Origin: Novakomyces olei
Lineage: Eukaryota
Length of the DNA: 64,000 nt
NCBI GenBank assembly: GCA_016906335.1
Contig: JADEYG010000012.1
Span: 248,001 to 312,000 of the forward strand
Direction of reading: 5' to 3'
Below the pieces are notes generated by a model. That model made no database searches. It worked only from the letters and a program-made list of their open reading frames with translations, and was not told the DNA's origin. Positions 49,764 through 63,039 of this stretch are shown here, piece after piece. Made by a program: the position numbers and the translations under genes. Numbering within the stretch: position 1 is the stretch's first letter; each line of letters starts with the position of its first letter.

Positions 49764-52700
49764 ATGGCACCCACACCGGGGCACGTGCACGCGGTGCCTC
49801 GACGGCAGGCAAGTATGCCGCTGAAACTCTCGGATCCAGATTCTGGCCGGCAGCAGCACGCTAACCAGGCACCTGCCCGTGCGCAAAGGAATCCGTCTGC
49901 TCTGCAGCCAATGACGCAGTCCGCAGATGCGGGCAGTCCCGCGTTTACATTTCCCGCTCGGTCAATGAGTATGAACAATGCTCAGCAGTTTAATGAGCCT
50001 CAAAGTATGTGCACACGCTCGTGGATTTGTGGGTCGCTGCCTGACAAATTTGGGTTTTGTTTTATCTTTGATCTTTTGTTTTTGTTTTCATTCTTATCTG
50101 TTTTTATTATTTGTTTTTTTGATCTGTTTTATTTGTTTTTTTATCTGTTTTATTTGTTTTTTTATCTGTTTTATTTGTTTAATTCTTTGGAGCAATCATC
50201 CGCCTATGCCTTGCATGGCTTGCAATAGTATGGAGATTGGCTGTCATACATTTCCAGTTTTCTTGGACCGTTTTCCGCCGTGTGTAAATACGGGCTATCT
50301 GTTGAGAGCATACTTCTTTTTTCCTTTCGTTTTGTCTACTAATGGCTTTGCTTTGTTCTATTTTGTTTTGTTTTGTTTTGTTTTGTTTTATTTTGTTCTG
50401 TTTTGCTTACTATTTATCTCTACTTAACCCTTTCTACTGTCGCTGACTGTGAATTAGCTCGTAATCGACCGCCTTTCCCAGACAGTAGTCATACCTCATA
50501 CACGACTCCCCACAGCGGGAACGGGTCCAGCCATGCACCGCATGTTTCCCGGATTCCCTACTCTTATACCGACGTTAGAGCTTCCAGTTTTTCTGCTGGT
50601 AGCACGAGTAACACTGCCGGCAATGCGGGCAGGAAGATGTCTATGGACAGTGCAATTACACGCAGTGGCTCTCGTGAATCTCGAGAACGAGTTGCGTCAA
50701 TGACAGGTTTAAACTCTCCTCATTCAAACTCTATGGTATCTGTGCGGAGACCGAGTCTTCTGCCCGGACTGTCTTCCGCTTCTTCGACTATATACACAAC
50801 TTCCAAGAGGGCTCCACTCGTTTGTCCCGCTCTTGTTTCGCGAGTGGCGTACGAGTTGCGGGCGCGTATTCACCTGGCAGACTATATAAAAGACGGATTA
50901 ACGTACAAGGATTCCTTTAGGGGCTGCGATGCTGTTGATACTATAGCGTATATAATAAAAACGACAGATCGGAATCTCGCTCTGCTGCTCGGCCGAGCAT
51001 TGGACGCGCAGAAGTTCTTTCATGACGTCACTTATGATCACAGGCTAAGAGACTCTGTGACCGAAGTATACCAGTTTCGTGATTCTATTCAGCCGTTTGG
51101 CGAAGAGAGCAGTTTTGATGATCATCGAATAACTCTGCCAAGTAAAGGCACAGCAGCCGGCTCCAGTTCGGGTCTGGCAAACCTTGGCTCGACTGCTTTA
51201 CAGAATAATTATATCAGCGCCAATGCAAACAATAATGCAAACAATAATGCAAACAATAATGCAAACAATAATGCAAACAATAATGCAAACAATAATGCAA
51301 ACAATAATGCAAACAACAACGCAAACAATATTGCAAACAATATTGCAAGCAATATTGCAAGCAATAATACAGGTCTCAACAGTGCCAGTGCTCATACTTC
51401 CGCCCAGCCGGAAGAGTTTGCTACAAAAAGGTCGGGCAATGCGTCACGTGGCCACCATCAGGGCAGTGGTGGCGGAACTGCCGGGCTCAGTGACGATGGG
51501 CTGCCGAACGGAGTCTTTACGCTGCTGACAGAGTGCTATTCGCCTACATGTACTCGCGACCGGCTCTGCTACTCGATAGCCTGCCCTCGGCGACTGGAGC
51601 AGCAAGCCCGGCTGAACATGAAACCTCAGCCTGGGCTTAAACGTGAGGGCTCCAGAGCCAGTTTGAACGGGCTGGATGACGCTACAGAGTCGTCAGAGCA
51701 AAGGCTCTGGATCAATACTGTCCCGAAGGACGTTGTGGACAGTGTGGATGAGGACGAGAAGCGGAGGCAGGAGATTATCCATGAATTAATATACACTGAG
51801 CGAGACTTTGTCCGTGATCTCGAGTACCTGCGAGATTTCTGGATAAAGCCGTTGCGTGGCTCGACCATTATCCCGGAGCAGAGACGAGATAAATTTTTAC
51901 GTACAGTCTTTGGCAATTCTATGGAGATCCTTAGTGTTAATATGAGACTGGCTGATGCGCTGACAAAGAGGCAGCATGCCAGGCCGGTTGTTCATACTGT
52001 AGCGGACATTTTTTACGATTTTATACCCAGATTTGAGCCTTTTATCCGCTACGGGGCCAATCAGTTGTATGGCAAGTACGAGTTTGAGAAGGAGAAATCG
52101 AGCAATCCCGCTTTTGCCCGGTTTGTGGGGGAGACGGAGCGGCTTAGGGAGAGTCGCAAACTGGAGCTCAATGGCTATCTGACTAAACCCACGACTCGTC
52201 TGGCGCGGTACCCTCTGCTTTTGGAAGCAATTAAAAAGCACACGGCCGATGGAAATCCTGACAAGGAGGATATAGTGGGCGTTGTTGAGCGGATCCGCTC
52301 CATTCTGGCACGGGTCAATGTCGAGTCTGGTAAATCGGAGAACAGGTTTAACTTAATCCAGCTGAACCAGCAGCTGCAGTTTAAACCGGGCGAGTATTAC
52401 GACCTGCAGCTATTGGAGCCCGGGCGTGAGCTTATCTTTAGAGGAACCTTGAAGCGACGTAACGTGGGCTCAAGCAATTCGAGCGATACGAGTTCAGATC
52501 TGCAGCTGTTTCTGTTTGATCACGCTTTGGCCTTTGTGAAGACTAAAGTCGTTTCCAAACGTGAAATTTACAGAGTATACCGCCGGCCGATCCCGCTCGA
52601 GTTTTTGATTCCGACCCAGTATGAGGACGTTGCTGGCAGCGGTGGCAGCAGCGGCAGCATCAACACTCACCACCACAATACGGGCTCAAGTGGGGGTCTC

Positions 52701-54351
52701 AGTGGGGGTATTGCTGGTGCCGGTGGGGGTTCCGGTGGGGGTTCCGGTGGGGGTGGGGGTAGTAATGGTCTAAGTAATACTGCCAGCACCGTTACTGGTT
52801 CTTCGTCAAATTCGGTTGTGACGAAAAACTCGCTCGCTAAACGGCCCTCGTCCTCGCTGCTTCCGGGCTCAGGCAAGTTTAGCAATGGAGAAATATCGAG
52901 CGGGAAGGGTTATGCGGTAACGTTTACCTACCTTGGCCGGCATGGGTACAATCTTACGCTCTACGCCACGACTTATGTGAGCCGGAAAAAATGGCTTGAG
53001 CATATTGAAAAGCAGCAGCGAGTGCTGCAGGACAAGCATGCAGTTTTTCAAAATGTGCTCGTCAATGAAAAGTATTTTATTGGCAGCAACAAGGTTAATT
53101 GCACTGCATCGTTTGGTATGGCAGCTTTATCTAGTTTTATTTAGCCATTATTTATTTTTATTTTTATTTTTATTTTTATTTTTATTTTTATTTTTATTTT
53201 TATTTTTATTTTTATTTTTATTTTTATTTTTATTTTTATTTTCGTTCTAACAAACAGATGGAGGTCGGCGGCTCGTGTTTGGAACAGACAATGGCATATA
53301 CGTAGCAGACAGACGGCCTCATACAAGCACGAAAACAATGCCTGAGCGTGTTCTTGCAGTTACAGGAGTAACACAGGTCGATGTAATTGAAGAGTATTCA
53401 ATGCTGCTTGTCCTTGCTGATCGGACGCTCTACTCTTACCCGCTTGATTCCCTCGACCCAGAGGACAAGACGTTGTCGAACAAGCGTGGCCGGAAAGTAG
53501 CAGGTCACACCAGTTTTTTCCGGGCCGGTGTGTGTGCGGGTTCAGTGCTGGTTTGTGTGGTTAGGAGTTCCGTCTTGAACACAACGATCAAAGTGCTGGA
53601 GCCAGTGGAAAACCCTGCCATGAACAGACGCAAGCCGGCCTTTAAAAAGCTGCTCGCTGGCGGTCAGGATCCATTGAGGGTCTACAAGGAGCTCGGCATG
53701 CCGGCAGAGAGCACGTCTATTCATTTCTTGAAGAAGACGCTCTGTGTAGGTTGCACAAAAGGCTTTGAGGTAGTAAACCTGGAGAAACTGGAGACCCAGT
53801 CTCTCCTCGATCCGGCAGACACGTCGCTTGAGTTTGTAGAGAAACGGGAGAACGTTAAGCCGCTGGCAATTTACCGTCTCAACGGTGAGTTTCTCCTGTG
53901 CTATAGCGAGTTTGCGCTGTATGTAAACAAGCACGGGTGGCGGACTCGACCAGAATGGTTTGTAACGTGGGAGGGAGTGCCACAGGGCTTTGCCCTATCG
54001 TATCCATACATTATTGCCTTTGAGCCCTCCTTCATCGAGATTCGGCACGTTGAAACGTCGCACCTGGTTCAGGTTATTACTGGGGCAAATATACGGCTGC
54101 TTGCGGACGGGCGTGGGACGATCGGCGAAGGCGGAGAGATCCTTTATGCCTGCGACGACAAGTCTTCTTCCGTCCATGGAGGCAGCAGTATCATTTACTC
54201 CCTTATTATGACAGGCAATTCACGCGTGCTCCCAGGGATGCATAATAACCCGCTAAGAATCTCGTCAATGCCCTCGCCTCTGGCATCACCCACTTTTTCT
54301 CCACCGGGGCAGCCTGAAAGTGCAGGAAAGCAAGTGGGGAACCGGCTCTAG
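49764..54351 (+). CDS. Rho1 guanine exchange factor of the Rgf1/Rgf2/Rom2 family (DEP-DH-PH-CNH), 3 exons
   Basis: DEP IKTTDRNLALLLGRALDAQKFFHDV, DH RQEIIHELIYTERDFV...KPTTRLARYPLL, and CNH DGGRRLVFGTD...SLLDPADTSLEFV. Introns 50005-50457 and 53116-53257. Confidence 0.95.
51222..51366 (+). repeat. Coding 12-nt repeat (AATGCAAACAAT)n encoding ANNN units
   Basis: Read directly inside the Rho-GEF exon. Confidence 0.95.
53149..53243 (+). repeat. Intronic microsatellite (TTTTTA)n, about 15 copies
   Basis: Lies in the last Rho-GEF intron, just before the branch point TCTAAC. Confidence 0.96.
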
Positions 54352-54660
54352 TCTTTGGGAGGTTTATATACAGTATTATTGATAAAAGCTGGGTTAAAGA
54401 CGGAGGGGAAATTAATAAATTTGAATGGTCGCTTTGTAGTACATCGGCGGTACAGTCTGTGCGGATTGCGCTGTGGTATTTATGCTCACGATATCGGTAG
54501 TGGGAGATACAACCGTGTGGCTGTCGTAGAGTATAGCGCAACGATCACGATTATGTCGTCATTTTTATTCTTTTTATTTTGCCATGTTTTTATCTGGACT
54601 TTTGTTCATGTTGTTTTGATTGCTTTTACTCGGTCTCTTTTCTGCTGCTAATGATCTTTG

Positions 54661-54794
54661 AACTGAATTATTAAACTGAATTATTTAACCTGAATTATTT
54701 AATCTGAATTATTTAAACTGAATTGTTTAAACTGAATTGTTTAAACTGAATTATTGAACTGAATTATTTAAACTGAATTATTAAACTGAATTAA
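54661..54794 (+). repeat. Minisatellite (AACTGAATTATTTA)-like, about 10 copies of 13-14 nt
   Basis: Read directly from the sequence. Confidence 0.93.
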
Positions 54795-55733
54795 TGATTT
54801 TTAAGAATTAGTTTTAAATAAATTGAAAGAGTGGACAATGTGTACAATGCCGTTTCGGCATGCAATCATGCAATACTCTAATCGACTCGTGCATCCGTAC
54901 AAGTTTCAAGGTTATGCTTGTATCAACAACTTTTTGTCCGCAAACGTAGTATTAATCTTATTCTCTCGTATTGCATTGTAGTGATTTTTTCTTTTATCCA
55001 AGTTCGAGTAAATACTTTGAGCGGCGGAAGATTAAACCTCTGCATTGTTGCAAACACTACTTGTTTACGCATTTCTTCACTCACCCCGGTTAGACTGATT
55101 TCGCAAATGATTGAATTGACTGTGAAAATAAGGTACCATTAAAAATCCGTAAAAATTGGACAAAAATCCAAGTAAAACCCATTAGAAAGTAGGCAAGAGA
55201 CTAGACAGCCACCAACAAAGTTAAGATTCAGCCAGCTCGGAAAATTTCAGTCTACTGTCACGTGGCAATTCATCGATCGGAAACTCGAAGACGGTGAAAT
55301 ATACGTTTAAGGTTTGCGTGGGATGATATACTCCATATTAAAGTTTGAGAGTCCGAATATGGAAATGACTGATTATACTGCTTCTTTATAAAATAAAGAG
55401 GCCATTTAACCTCTAATGTTTGATACTGTTGGCTTTTCGTCCGAGTTTGGCCGTGTCATCGGCTTTCACATTAATATTGGTCACACCTTTTGCAGATCCG
55501 ACTGTTTGTTTGGGTAAATAAGCGCACAAGGCAATGAAGGGTTGAGGGAGCCGCAAAACGAGAAAGCAAGACAGCATGTATAAAACGGTTGGACAGGAAA
55601 CAAAAGGAACATAAAAGTCAAAAGCTGAAATTAAAGAGAATATCAGAAGCACATTATAGCATTATTAAATAATTAAACAAAAATTAATAAAGCAGCGGCC
55701 TTTCAGATTGTCGATATTAAAAGGAATAGGTGA

Positions 55734-57605
55734 ATGGCAAAAATGCTTTTCGCATTCATCGTTTTCCTGCTATTAGAAGCCTCAAAAGTTTCAGCTCTCA
55801 GCTCAGCCAACGAGGAGAGATTTGCTCTCAACTTGAGCGCATCCTTGCTACAACCGACGCTAAACGCTTCCGCACAAAGCTCAATCTGCCGTCGAAATGA
55901 CTTTATAAGCGAATCGGCGGCAGCGAATACAATTAATTTGCAAATGGCTGTACATGAAGGAGAACACGACTTGAATGCGTGCCATTGGCATAATGAAGTC
56001 TAGTATGCTCAACACTGAAATGCTCTTTATGTTTGATTTGTCCTTTTCAATTATTACTCACTGTCGTGCTCAATGTCCTTGCTGCAAGCAACGACATACG
56101 ATTATTGTCACTGTTTTTCAAAATACTGGCATTTAGTCTTCGAATTATACTTTATTAATTGTGTGTTTTATATTTTTTATGCTAACCAATCGTACAGTTA
56201 CTGTAAAGAAACGGCCGTCGAGGTAAAAGACTGCAGTCTTGTACGATCAGTGTCTAAAATTCCTTTGCGAATTGTCGCTACAGTTGTAGTTTTGCTTACG
56301 AGTGCAATAGCAATTTACCTCCCTATTGGTGTCAGGCGATGGTCCTACTTTTCAGAGAATAGCATTATCTATATCATATTTTCACAGTTTGGAACTGGGA
56401 TAGTGCTTTCAACGGGCCTTGTACACTTATTCACACACGCCCAAGAGACACTGGACAACGATTGTGTTAAAAAGTACATCGATTACGATGCTACAGTGGG
56501 CGCAATTGTTCTCTGTGGGATTTTAATCTCTTTTCTAGTGGAATATTCGCTGCATCGAAAGCTTGATTGTACTGGGAAGCAAGATTCTTGCTGTCAGGGC
56601 GGCGCAGTATCGATACATTCGAATCTCAATAATGAAAACTTGGGCAAAAGTAGTGGGTCAAATGGCAGCTTTAACGGGCGGCCGCGTCAATTGCTGAAAA
56701 ATGCCAAGCACGACGGGAGACGAAACAATAAGAATGATGACAGTAACGACGATAGTAGAACCGTTTGCAGCACAAGCAATTGGCAATCAGTCGTCTCCAA
56801 ATCTAAAGACACCGTGTCAGATTCTGATAGCATTGCTAAAACTGATTGCCAAATTAGGCAGACGCAAGTTGATTTGACAAACGGTCTATTTTCCGAAAAC
56901 AGTAACGAAACTTGTTCGAGCCTGCAAAACTCTGGTCCTATTTTCGAAAGCATTGAGAAAATGGAGATGGAAGAAAAGGCTAACAGTAAAAGCACATATA
57001 GAAATTGCACAGCTCCGACTCCGGACCGACCAGATCTTGAAAAAGCCATCGCATCCACAGACAGCTCAGATTATAACAATGACGACCCTGACTTGATAAT
57101 ACCAGCGGCTGCAAAACATAAACAAGCACTTGAAGTTTTGGTTCTGGAGGCGGGGATAGTCTTTCATTCAGTTATAGTCGGACTTACGCTGGCCGTTACG
57201 AACAACGAAATGTTTACAAAGTTGTTTATAGTTATAATCTTCCATCAAATATTTGAAGGATTTGCCCTGGGCAGTAGAATAGCTACAGTGCCTCTTCACG
57301 CCATGCGAATGACCAAAAAGCTGATAATGTGCATTGCTTTCTCTGTTACTGCTCCGCTCGGAATGGCCATTGGACTAGGTGTTATGCGTGTTTATAATGC
57401 AAATGACCCAGCAACAATTATTGCCATTGCTACTCTCGACGCTCTCAGCGCGGGGATTCTTATCTGGGTGGGGATAGCGGAAATGCTGGTTCCGGAATAC
57501 TTACACGGGGGCCTGCAAAAGTGCTCAATGGGGACTTTAACAGTCGCTCTAGCGTCTGTTTGTGCGGGGATAGCTTTGATGTCTTTCCTTGGGAAATGGG
57601 CCTAA
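55734..57605 (+). CDS. ZIP-family zinc transporter with a signal peptide and extracellular Cys/His motif (ZrfC-like), 2 exons
   Basis: Intron 56003-56197 joins CHWHNEVY|YC. ZIP motifs QFGTGIVLSTGLVHLF, LEAGIVFHSVIVG, HQIFEGFALG and C-terminal GKWA are present. Confidence 0.9.
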
Positions 57606-59190
57606 TTGAACAAAAGGATGTATACAATTGCGAAGCAATATACAGCCAAGGCGTACGAAAAGTGATTAGAAAATATTGTAATGATGATAATAAATTAATC
57701 ACATCGAGCCTTGATCGTTTTTACTTGGTATTTTTTTCAAATTTTAATAGTATCGATGCGAGTCAGATGGCATCTGTAGATAGATCATACTGGAAATACC
57801 TTTAACGTTGTCAAGCTTGAGCATTACCTTGCTAGCTTCTGAGCCGAGAGTCTATTACCTTCCCAGTGTTGAGGCATTCGTTGTGATTGGTCAAAACACA
57901 TAAATTGTCATATTATGAATACATTCTAAATGCATTTTGTTGTATTTATTGTCACAAAACAGAAAGTAGACATATTATTACATCATAATCCTACCACGCG
58001 TTATGTGGGATAGCGCTTGAAATAAGAAACAGCCGACTTTGTTTCTTATACGGCGCAATTGTAATGTAAATCACAAAAAGTCAGGACAATTGCAAAAGTC
58101 TACAATTACCAGGGAAAAAATCATGAAATAAACTGAGAAATCGCAGTAGGGAGTTTATGCTTTCAGTTTGGGTCTACTTCATTTGCTTTTTTGATCTATG
58201 TACGACTACAAATTTATTGCGATCTTTGCATGGCAACCGAAATTGTATACCGAAAACGGTACTTTTGCTGAATAATCCAGACACAAGCTTGACACAATCA
58301 GCCGTTCCAAGCTAAATTCTCTATTTTCGTTACTTTTGTTTGGCTAAATTAAACAGTTTTCACACTTATAATCTTAAATAAATAACGAAGAAAAGAAATA
58401 AGAAAGGTCCACAATTAGCTAGAAAACTGTGTTTAAACATAAATCAGGCACAGCATTGATGAGCAACTCAATTGCACGATGTACATCATCACAAACATTG
58501 CTATTTTTTTAATGATTTTTCACAGAGACTTGCCGTGATATATCTAGTATCTCTCAAAGGCCAGACCAGTCCTACGTGTACGTTTTCAAGACAAAGGGTC
58601 TACGAAACTGTTACAACTGCTATTCTTCGGGCAATCCCGTTCCGTCTAATATGCTTGCAAACATTCTCGAATTCAGGGCCGGCCATACAGGTCCGGGGAA
58701 CCAGTTCCCAAGAACCAGTTCCCAAGAACCAGTTGCAAGTAACAGTGCCTTATTTACGAGCGCAGCCTGAAGCTTTTTGTGCACCATAAATAGACATTTA
58801 TACATTTTGTCTACCTTTATTTTGCTTGCTAATTCAAACAGAAGCCTATATAGCTTGAAATTTATGCGGATGCTTAGAGAAATCGCGGGAATAAGCTGTA
58901 TTTTGGATAAATAAAAGCCCAAAACCCTAAATGTAGAGATTTAGTCCTTTAAACATACTCGTACCATACTTGATTATTAAGGCTATTATTTTATTTCAGT
59001 TGTGCGGGATATTTGGTTTAAAACAAGAAAAGAAGTGGACAAAGGAGGAAAAATAAAAATAGAAATAACAATAACAATAGCAATAACAATAACAATAGAC
59101 AAAATTAACATAAAAAAACATAGAAACATAATTAACTTTTTCTTCCCTTTCTTGTCTTGCAAAACCCACTTTTCCACTCCTTAATTTCAA

Positions 59191-62100
59191 CTACTCATCC
59201 TCCGTAATATCGCCATACTTCCAAATACCCTTATGGCTCTTTTGAGCCTCATTTTGTCGTTGAACTAGATCGTCCAGCTTTGATTGGTAGACACTTTCCC
59301 AGGTCTGTTTTCGTTTCGGCATCACATGGCCCAAACCTTCGTCAACCAGTTCAGCATTAAGGCTGTCCTTCTCCCGTACTCCCTTTACAGGATCATAGAC
59401 AGTCAAATACAAAGTGCCATCTCGTGCTCGCCAGTCCACATTTGCTACTAAGGATTTATTGCCAGCTCTGCTCAAAAGGAAGCTGCGTGCCTCCTCATCA
59501 AACTCTCCGCTCGGGTCGATGACAATAAAGCTCAGCTTTGCCTGATGAGCCTGTGGCGGCAGTGCACGAAACTGCGAAGCTGAGGGAAGCGAGGAAAGTT
59601 GGTCTAAAGGCAAAGACTCAGAGTTTCCATAATCAACGTACTGAACTTGCACAGTCGCGGCCGCCCTATCGACCCTGCGAACACGCGCACGGTACCATTG
59701 GCCGTCTTCAGAAAATTTTGCCGCTAACAATTCACCGTTGCGCGGAAACGTTTCCAGCCGGGAAGTTTGCTTGTTTAGATCCAGATTTAGGGTGCTCATT
59801 AGAGACTCTAAGCCCTTGATTTCTGAAATGTTAATAATAAGATGATAAGTAAATTACGTAATTAAAGAATAAATATATGAATTAGTTGAAAAATAAACTT
59901 TCAACCATTGCGTCCAATTCACTTACGATCGTTGATTATCTGGATTGAAAGTTCATTGCCCGCACCATAATCTGTAATCGCTATATCGATATACTCTGTT
60001 CGTGCAGTTTGCAAATCTTCTTCAACATTGGCAGAATTGTCTGGCTCCTTCGCACCAGTATCCGCACCGGGATCATAATCATGCCAAATCTTTTATTAGT
60101 GACCCAAAAGCGATAAGATAGAAACAAAGTAGAAATAAAAAAATATTAAACAGTTACAAGATTTATTTTTCAATTCAGTACTTACTCCCTTTCTAGAGTT
60201 TTTGGCAGTTTCTTGGGCCGACAAAAGGTCGCCACTGTACGGCAGAAAACTTGCTGAATACTCGTGCACCTGAGCGTAACCTTGAGCAACCAGAGAAATA
60301 GCAAAGTTTTCCTTTTTCACAAACAATGTACCGATAAAACCACCAACTTTATCGACATTATCGATAGATATTTCAACATCATGTTGCAAAGCGGCTCTTA
60401 CTGCAAAAGCAAGAGCTTCATCACCAAACGGTTCTCCGGCTCCAGATTTTCCGGATGCTCGAGGAGCCCGAATTCCGGCGAGTACAAGCGTCAAACGAGC
60501 ATTTTCACGTGGAACGAAAATCCTAAACCTTGAGGCCGATGAAATATGCTCAACAATTCCGGCAACACGGCCGAGGCGTTTAAGTGAAGACAGATATTGT
60601 TTAGACCGCACTGAAGTTTCGGACGCGTCAACTACTTTTGGAGCCTCATGCGGTTTCCCAGAATGGAGGCCCTTCTTTGCAGTGACAGCCCTGATTGGTT
60701 AAGAAAAATATTCCAAGGGAAAAGAAAAATAAAAATAATCCATAAAAAACTATAATGTTAAATGTTAAAAAGCACAACATACTCTTGCTCAGCTGCTACC
60801 AAAGCATCGTATTCCATGGATCGGTCTTCTTCACCGGATTTGTGACGTATAACGGTGGCAAGCCCATTAGCCACGAGATCGATTGCGATATTCCTGCATA
60901 TTTAATTTAACAACTAGAAACTAGGTAAAAAATTAGATGTAAAAATAAAAGAATATAAATACAAATACCAAATTGGACTATTCAACTTACTTGCCATTCA
61001 CAGTCACAGTCGCAAGATCTTTTGCCTCGAAGCCTTCATTCGCAGGCCGATGGTAATCAATATGTATTTTAACCGCTTTTCCTATCAGTCTTTTGCGCAA
61101 ATATTCACGACCGTCTGCCTGCCATGAGACTTCGTTAGGATACGTAGTGCGTGGACCACGAATACTCGAAAGGAAAAGACGTCGAGACTTATTGCTGTTG
61201 GGTATATCGACTTCCAAAGAATCAGCAGAGTAAATTCGGATAACATTGCCCTCAAAGTTATCTTTGTCAGTTGGCCTATTGGTAGAGACACGATTCTTCC
61301 ATATAATGAGACCGTTCTGTTTAGCCGATCTGTCCCAGTCAGTAAGAGTTTACTATTAACGAAAATATTGTAAGTGAGTCATAGAAGAAGGGGTTGCAAA
61401 AAACAATACAACAGAAGGCGATTTAAAACAGAAAGGAAGGAAAAACAGTTAATAAAACGGGGAAAAGGGGAAAAGAGGCTGCCTTCGAAAAAGCTATCAG
61501 ACCCATATAGTCAATTTGACAATTTTTAAAAAGTGAGTCAAAACGAAATTATAAAAATAGTCATAATTAGAGAGAAAAAGCTCACGCTTCAGCAGCCCTG
61601 TAGACTGTCATATCGGCCACTCCGACAATCGGACTTTGCCAATCCGAAACTCGAGCAAATCCACTTTGTAAGAGAAGTTGAGAAATATTTCCAGCTGGAT
61701 GAATAACTTTAGCCACAAAACTGTTGCCCTTTTGGTTCACTCCGAGTAGCTTAACCTTAACATTTCGTTGAAGCAGTCGCGACTCGACAAAAAATTGTGC
61801 CTTAACATTATTTAATACATATCTACGAAAAGTATGGAGAAGAAAATGTAAACAAAGTAGAATGAAACCAAGCCGAAAATAAAATAAATTAAATTAAAAT
61901 AGTATACTATAGTAGAAATAAATACAGAAAAACAAAATTAAAAAAAATTAAAAAATGAATAAAATGTATACTTCTTCTGCAAACGGCTCACTGGCCGCCT
62001 CTTCATTTTCGTCAGAGCTCCGTTTTAGAATAGGCGTTCGCACACCGGCAATCAAAACGTTTACAATCTGTTGTTGTCCACCAGGAAGAAAAAGACGGAC

Positions 62101-63039
62101 CCTCAAAGAGTCTCCAGAGCGGACCTGCTCAACAATGGCTTATGGGTTATTTTTGTATCATACAAAAAAACAATAAAATTTTTAAACAATGTGAGCGTAC
62201 CATCCAGCTCTTGGTCCTTGTACTTTAGCAAGAACGTATCCGCCGACTCCAAATCATAATGAGTCAGGGGAGCAGACACTCCCGGTGCCCATACTCCCAC
62301 TTCTGATTTCTTTGCAAAAGCTTCGGCGGCAAGTAGCGACTGTACGTAACTTTCGTCGACAGCCTGGCGAGCCTGCACTGCACCTTCGTGCACTTTAGCA
62401 TAGCCTTTGCTCACCAGCATGTAGCCGACATCAGGGCCATTAGGAAGACGAACTTGTCCGTACTCTCGTGCTCCAGCTCCGGTGCCTGTTACATAAAGAA
62501 CACGAAACTGTACATCTTTGCCGACAAGCAATTGGCGTACTGCTTCACGTGATTCAAAGGCATAGGGCTTTGGTCAGATACATGGCAAATTAAGACGTGA
62601 AAAAGACAGGAAAGGTTTGGTAAACGATAGATTTTATATAAAAATAGTGGCCACGTCAGCCGGTGTTGATTAAACAATGAAAAAGTCGTTGAATGAGCAA
62701 TTGCATGGGAATTTATCAAATCCAACGTAGACCGTCTGCAAACAGTTACAGTGAACGAATAGCCAATGTATAAAACAAAAAAATAAATTAAAATCCAAAG
62801 CTAAAAAACCAAAGTCTAAAATTCAAAGCCTACTTCATCGCCTTCCCGCTTCAGCCGTGGACTGCTCAAAAACGCGAGCGAGAGCGTTCTCTCCGCCGGG
62901 AGTCCTTGAGGTTTAGGTTTGCCCTGAAGGACGATAGTATCGCCGCTGGCCGCTAGCAGACAGTTTAGCAAGCAAAGACAAGAGCATTGAAGCATTTACC
63001 AGCCTTGACTTTTGCATTGATGATAGGAACTCCAGCCAT
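59191..63039 (-). CDS. snd1: Tudor staphylococcal nuclease (SND1/Tudor-SN), multi-exon
   Basis: Repeated SN domains (SGDTIV, AFESREAVRQLLVGK, GREYLRKRLIGK, EPFGDEAL) and a Tudor domain AKFSEDGQWYRARV...VQYVDYGNSE, ending GIWKYGDITEDE. Confidence 0.95.

Noticed and set aside
54661-54794. Regularly repeated unit as a possible CRISPR-like array
   Set aside because: The copies are head-to-tail with no unique spacers, the context is eukaryotic, and there are no cas genes.
57606-59190. Short ORFs and a 14-nt CCAGTTCCCAAGAA duplication between the ZIP gene and snd1
   Set aside because: No recognisable motifs, consistent splice pattern or coding-like composition.
59542-59575. CTGATGA...GAAA resembling a hammerhead ribozyme core
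   Set aside because: Stem II does not close properly, and the sequence is the antisense of snd1 coding DNA.
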